In this document: in pieces, positions 61,473 to 64,000 of the stretch | Position numbering within the stretch: the stretch's first letter is position 1 | Layout of the letters: each line of letters starts with the position of its first letter | Assembly: GCA_014905635.1 (NCBI GenBank) | Contig: JABVCE010000010.1 | Span: 806,001 to 870,000, forward strand | Direction of reading: 5' to 3' | Length of the DNA stretch: 64,000 nt | Source: Scenedesmus sp. PABB004 | Taxonomy: Eukaryota | The notes under the pieces: model-generated | What the model was told of the DNA's origin: nothing | Database searches by the model: none | What the model saw: the letters and a program-made list of their open reading frames with translations, nothing else | Made by a program: the position numbers and the translations under genes

Positions 61473-64000
61473 TCAGGCCTCGGTCGTCTGCATGCTGCTC
61501 GCGATCTGCTGCACCGACGCCGCCTCGCACGACGTGCGCCGCCGCTTGCAGCTGCGCGCCTCCTGGCTGCGGCTGCCGTGGCTGCCCTCGCCCTCCTGCG
61601 CGGCGGCCGCGCCGGCGCCGGCGGCGGCGGCCGCGCCGGCCTCGCCCGAGCGCGGCCGTCGCGTGCTGTGCGACTGCGCCTGCAGCGGCGCGCTGTGCGC
61701 GGGGCCCTGCGCGAGCTGGGCCTGGTCGGCGCCGTCGGCGCCGTGCTGCGCGGCCGCGGCGCCGCCGCCGTGGCTCGGCGCGGCGTGGTGGTGCCAGCCG
61801 GCGCCGGCGCCGGCGCCGGCGCCGGCGCCGCTCGCCATCGCCTCGCCGACGCTGCAGCCGTCCATGCCGGCGCCGTAGCTGGGGCTGCCCTCGGCCTTGC
61901 TGCCGCTCGCAAAGCCAGCTGAGACGCTGCCATAGACCTTGCTGCTGATGCCCGGCGCGCCGCTCGCCTCGGGCGCGCCGCCGCCGCCGCTGCTGAAGCG
62001 CAGCATGCTCGTGCCCCGCCCGCCCACCTGGCCCGCGCCCTCGTGGAACTGGCCCGCCACCGCCTGCCAGTGCTGCTGCAGCTGCGCCAGCGCGCCGCCG
62101 CCAGCGCTCGAGCGGCCGCCGGCGCGGGTCGGCGGCGGCGCGCCGCTGCTGCCGGCAGCCGCCGCCGCGGCCGCCGCCGCCGCTGCGGCCGCCGCGGCGC
62201 TGGCGGGGTGGCGGCCGGCGAGGGCGCGCCGCCGCTGCTGGGTCGGCGAGGTCGCCGCGGAGCGGCTCTCCACGGGCCGCTGCTCCTCCTGCGCGGCGTG
62301 CGCCTCGGCGGCGGCGGGGTGCGCGGGGCCGTCTGCCTCCTGCTCGTGCGGCCGCCGGCGCCGCCGGGCGGCGCCCTCGTCCCCGGTGCGGTGGTGGCTG
62401 CCGGCGCCCTCGCTCAGGCTCTGGGCGGAGCCGGCGGCGCCCGCCTGCTCCGCCGCGGCCGCCTGGGCGCCGGCGGCGCCGCCGCGCCCGCCGAGCAGCC
62501 GGTCCGCCTCGGGCGGCGGCACGCTGCCGACGCGGCCCATGCCGAGGGGCGGCGAGCCGCGCGAGCCGTCCTGCTGCCCCAGCTGGCTCATGCAGGGCGC
62601 GTCCGCCTCGCCCTGCGCCGCGGCCGGGCTGGCGGCCCGCGGCTCGCTGCCCTGCGCGCCGCCGGCGGTCGCAGCGCCGGGCCGTTCGTCCGCGGCGCCG
62701 GGCGGCTGCTGCGGCGGCGGCGCAGCGGCGTGCTGCTGGTCTGCCAGCGCCTGCGGCGGGCCCAGGCCGGGCGTGCCGTCCGCGTCGCCGACCCCGCTGC
62801 CGCTGCCGGTGGCGGGCGCAGAGCCCTGGCCCTGCAGCGCGGGAGCGCCGCCAGGGCCGCTGCCGCCGGTGCCGGCCAGCGGCGTGAAGCTCACCGCTGG
62901 CGGGCTGTAGTGCGCGCGCGAGTGCACCGCGGCGTGCGGTGCCTCGACGCTGGCCGAGCGCGGCGGGTGCATCGCGTGCGCCCAGCCGCCCCCGTACCCC
63001 GGCGGCGGGGACGCGACGTGCGCCGCGACGCCCGGCGCCGCCACGTGGCTGCTGCCGGCGCCGCCCGCGCCGGCGCCGCCACCGCTCTGGCCCATGCGGC
63101 TGGCCGTCGGGTGCTGCCGGCTGTGGTGGGCGCCGTAGCCCCGGCCGCCGTGGTGGCCGTGCGGCAGCGGGGGCAGGCGGCCCTCTGCCGTGCCGTGCCC
63201 CGCGACCGCGTGGCCGCCATGGCCGTGGGCTGCGGCCGCGGCCGCTGCGAGCTGCGCCTCCGCCGCCGTGCCCGCCGATGCGCCCAGCGCGCCATGCATT
63301 TCCGTCACCTGTGGCTGCTGCACCTGGCCCTGCTGCTGCTGTCGCTGCAGCTGCTGCTGGGGCTGCTGCTGCTGGGGCGGCGGCGGCTGCGGCTGCTGTG
63401 GTGGCTGCTGCTGCGCTGCTGCGGCGGCCGCTGCAGCCGCCATCTGCGCCGCCGCGGCGGTCGCAGGGACCTGGCAGTCGCTGAAGTGGCCGTGAATCTC
63501 AGTGACCTGCGGCACCGCGTCGCGCGCGGGCGCGGACTGCGCCAGGCCTGCGGGCAGCAGCGGCGGCGCGCGCGCGGGGCGTGAACGGCGTCGGGCGCGG
63601 CGCCGGCGGTTGGCGCGCAGCAGCCACGGGCAGGGCAGCGCGCGGCGCCGCGCTCACCATAGTGCCCCGTGTGTGCGTGCGAGCCAGTCGTCACGACAGA
63701 GGCGGGCGGCATCATGCTGGTGCCGACAAAACTGCCGCCGGCGCCGGCGCCGCGCCCGGCACCCGGCACCTGGCGCGTGTGCGCCCGCCGCGCCGCGTGC
63801 GCGGCCGCCGCCGTCGCCTGCCCGGCGGTCGGCGGCGGGTCGTGGTGCGGCTGCAGCTGCGACGTCACGCTCAGCGTGGCCCCAAGCGGCGCCTGCTCGG
63901 TCTGCTGGGCCGTCGCCGGCTGCGGCGCCATCAGCTGCTCCTGCTGCTGCTGCGCCTCCTGCCGCTCCTGCTGCTGGCCGCCCGCCGGCGCCGCCTGCAG
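61473..64000 (-). CDS. Low-complexity Gln/Ala/Gly/His-rich protein, 3' part only
   Basis: Last exon of about 2 kb open to TGA 61475-61473; intron about 63657-63548; repeated QVTE(I/M)HG; C-terminal KRRRTS; the gene continues past the window end. Confidence 0.7.

Overview
Eukaryotic nuclear DNA, extremely GC-rich (about 80% by eye), most likely from a chlorophycean green alga (PAM68, AP2 factors, TCHQD GST, plant-type MED16, TGTAA poly(A) signals). The window is gene-dense, with about 24 mostly intron-rich protein-coding genes that I spliced by hand: a partial helical-repeat protein, a membrane UBX+ubiquitin-like protein, RPT3, GPN3, two AP2 factors, a DnaJ-type Zn-finger protein, RPL35, a DAO-family oxidoreductase, PAM68, an SGNH/PC-esterase-like protein, UDP-glucose 4-epimerase, a TIGR04283-like GT2, p31comet, IF1, an Sfi1-repeat protein, MED16, VPS2, TCHQD, a GGCT-like protein, NSE4, an F-box-like/LRR protein and three unknowns. 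Most long ORFs in the supplied track are GC artefacts. Main oddities: (1) a 1.9-kb fold-back element at 59200-61109 (531-bp arms, 3 mismatches) enclosing an inverted copy of the upstream region and exon 1 of the nearby F-box/LRR gene, which creates a chimeric ORF and interlocking inverted repeats; (2) about 30% of introns use GC donors, always after exonic AG; (3) several 1-nt frameshifts in G/C runs, probably assembly errors; (4) an AT-rich intron patch with an 18-bp tandem duplication. No CRISPR array, rRNA, tRNA or transposase was seen. All family calls come from motif recognition, not database searches.
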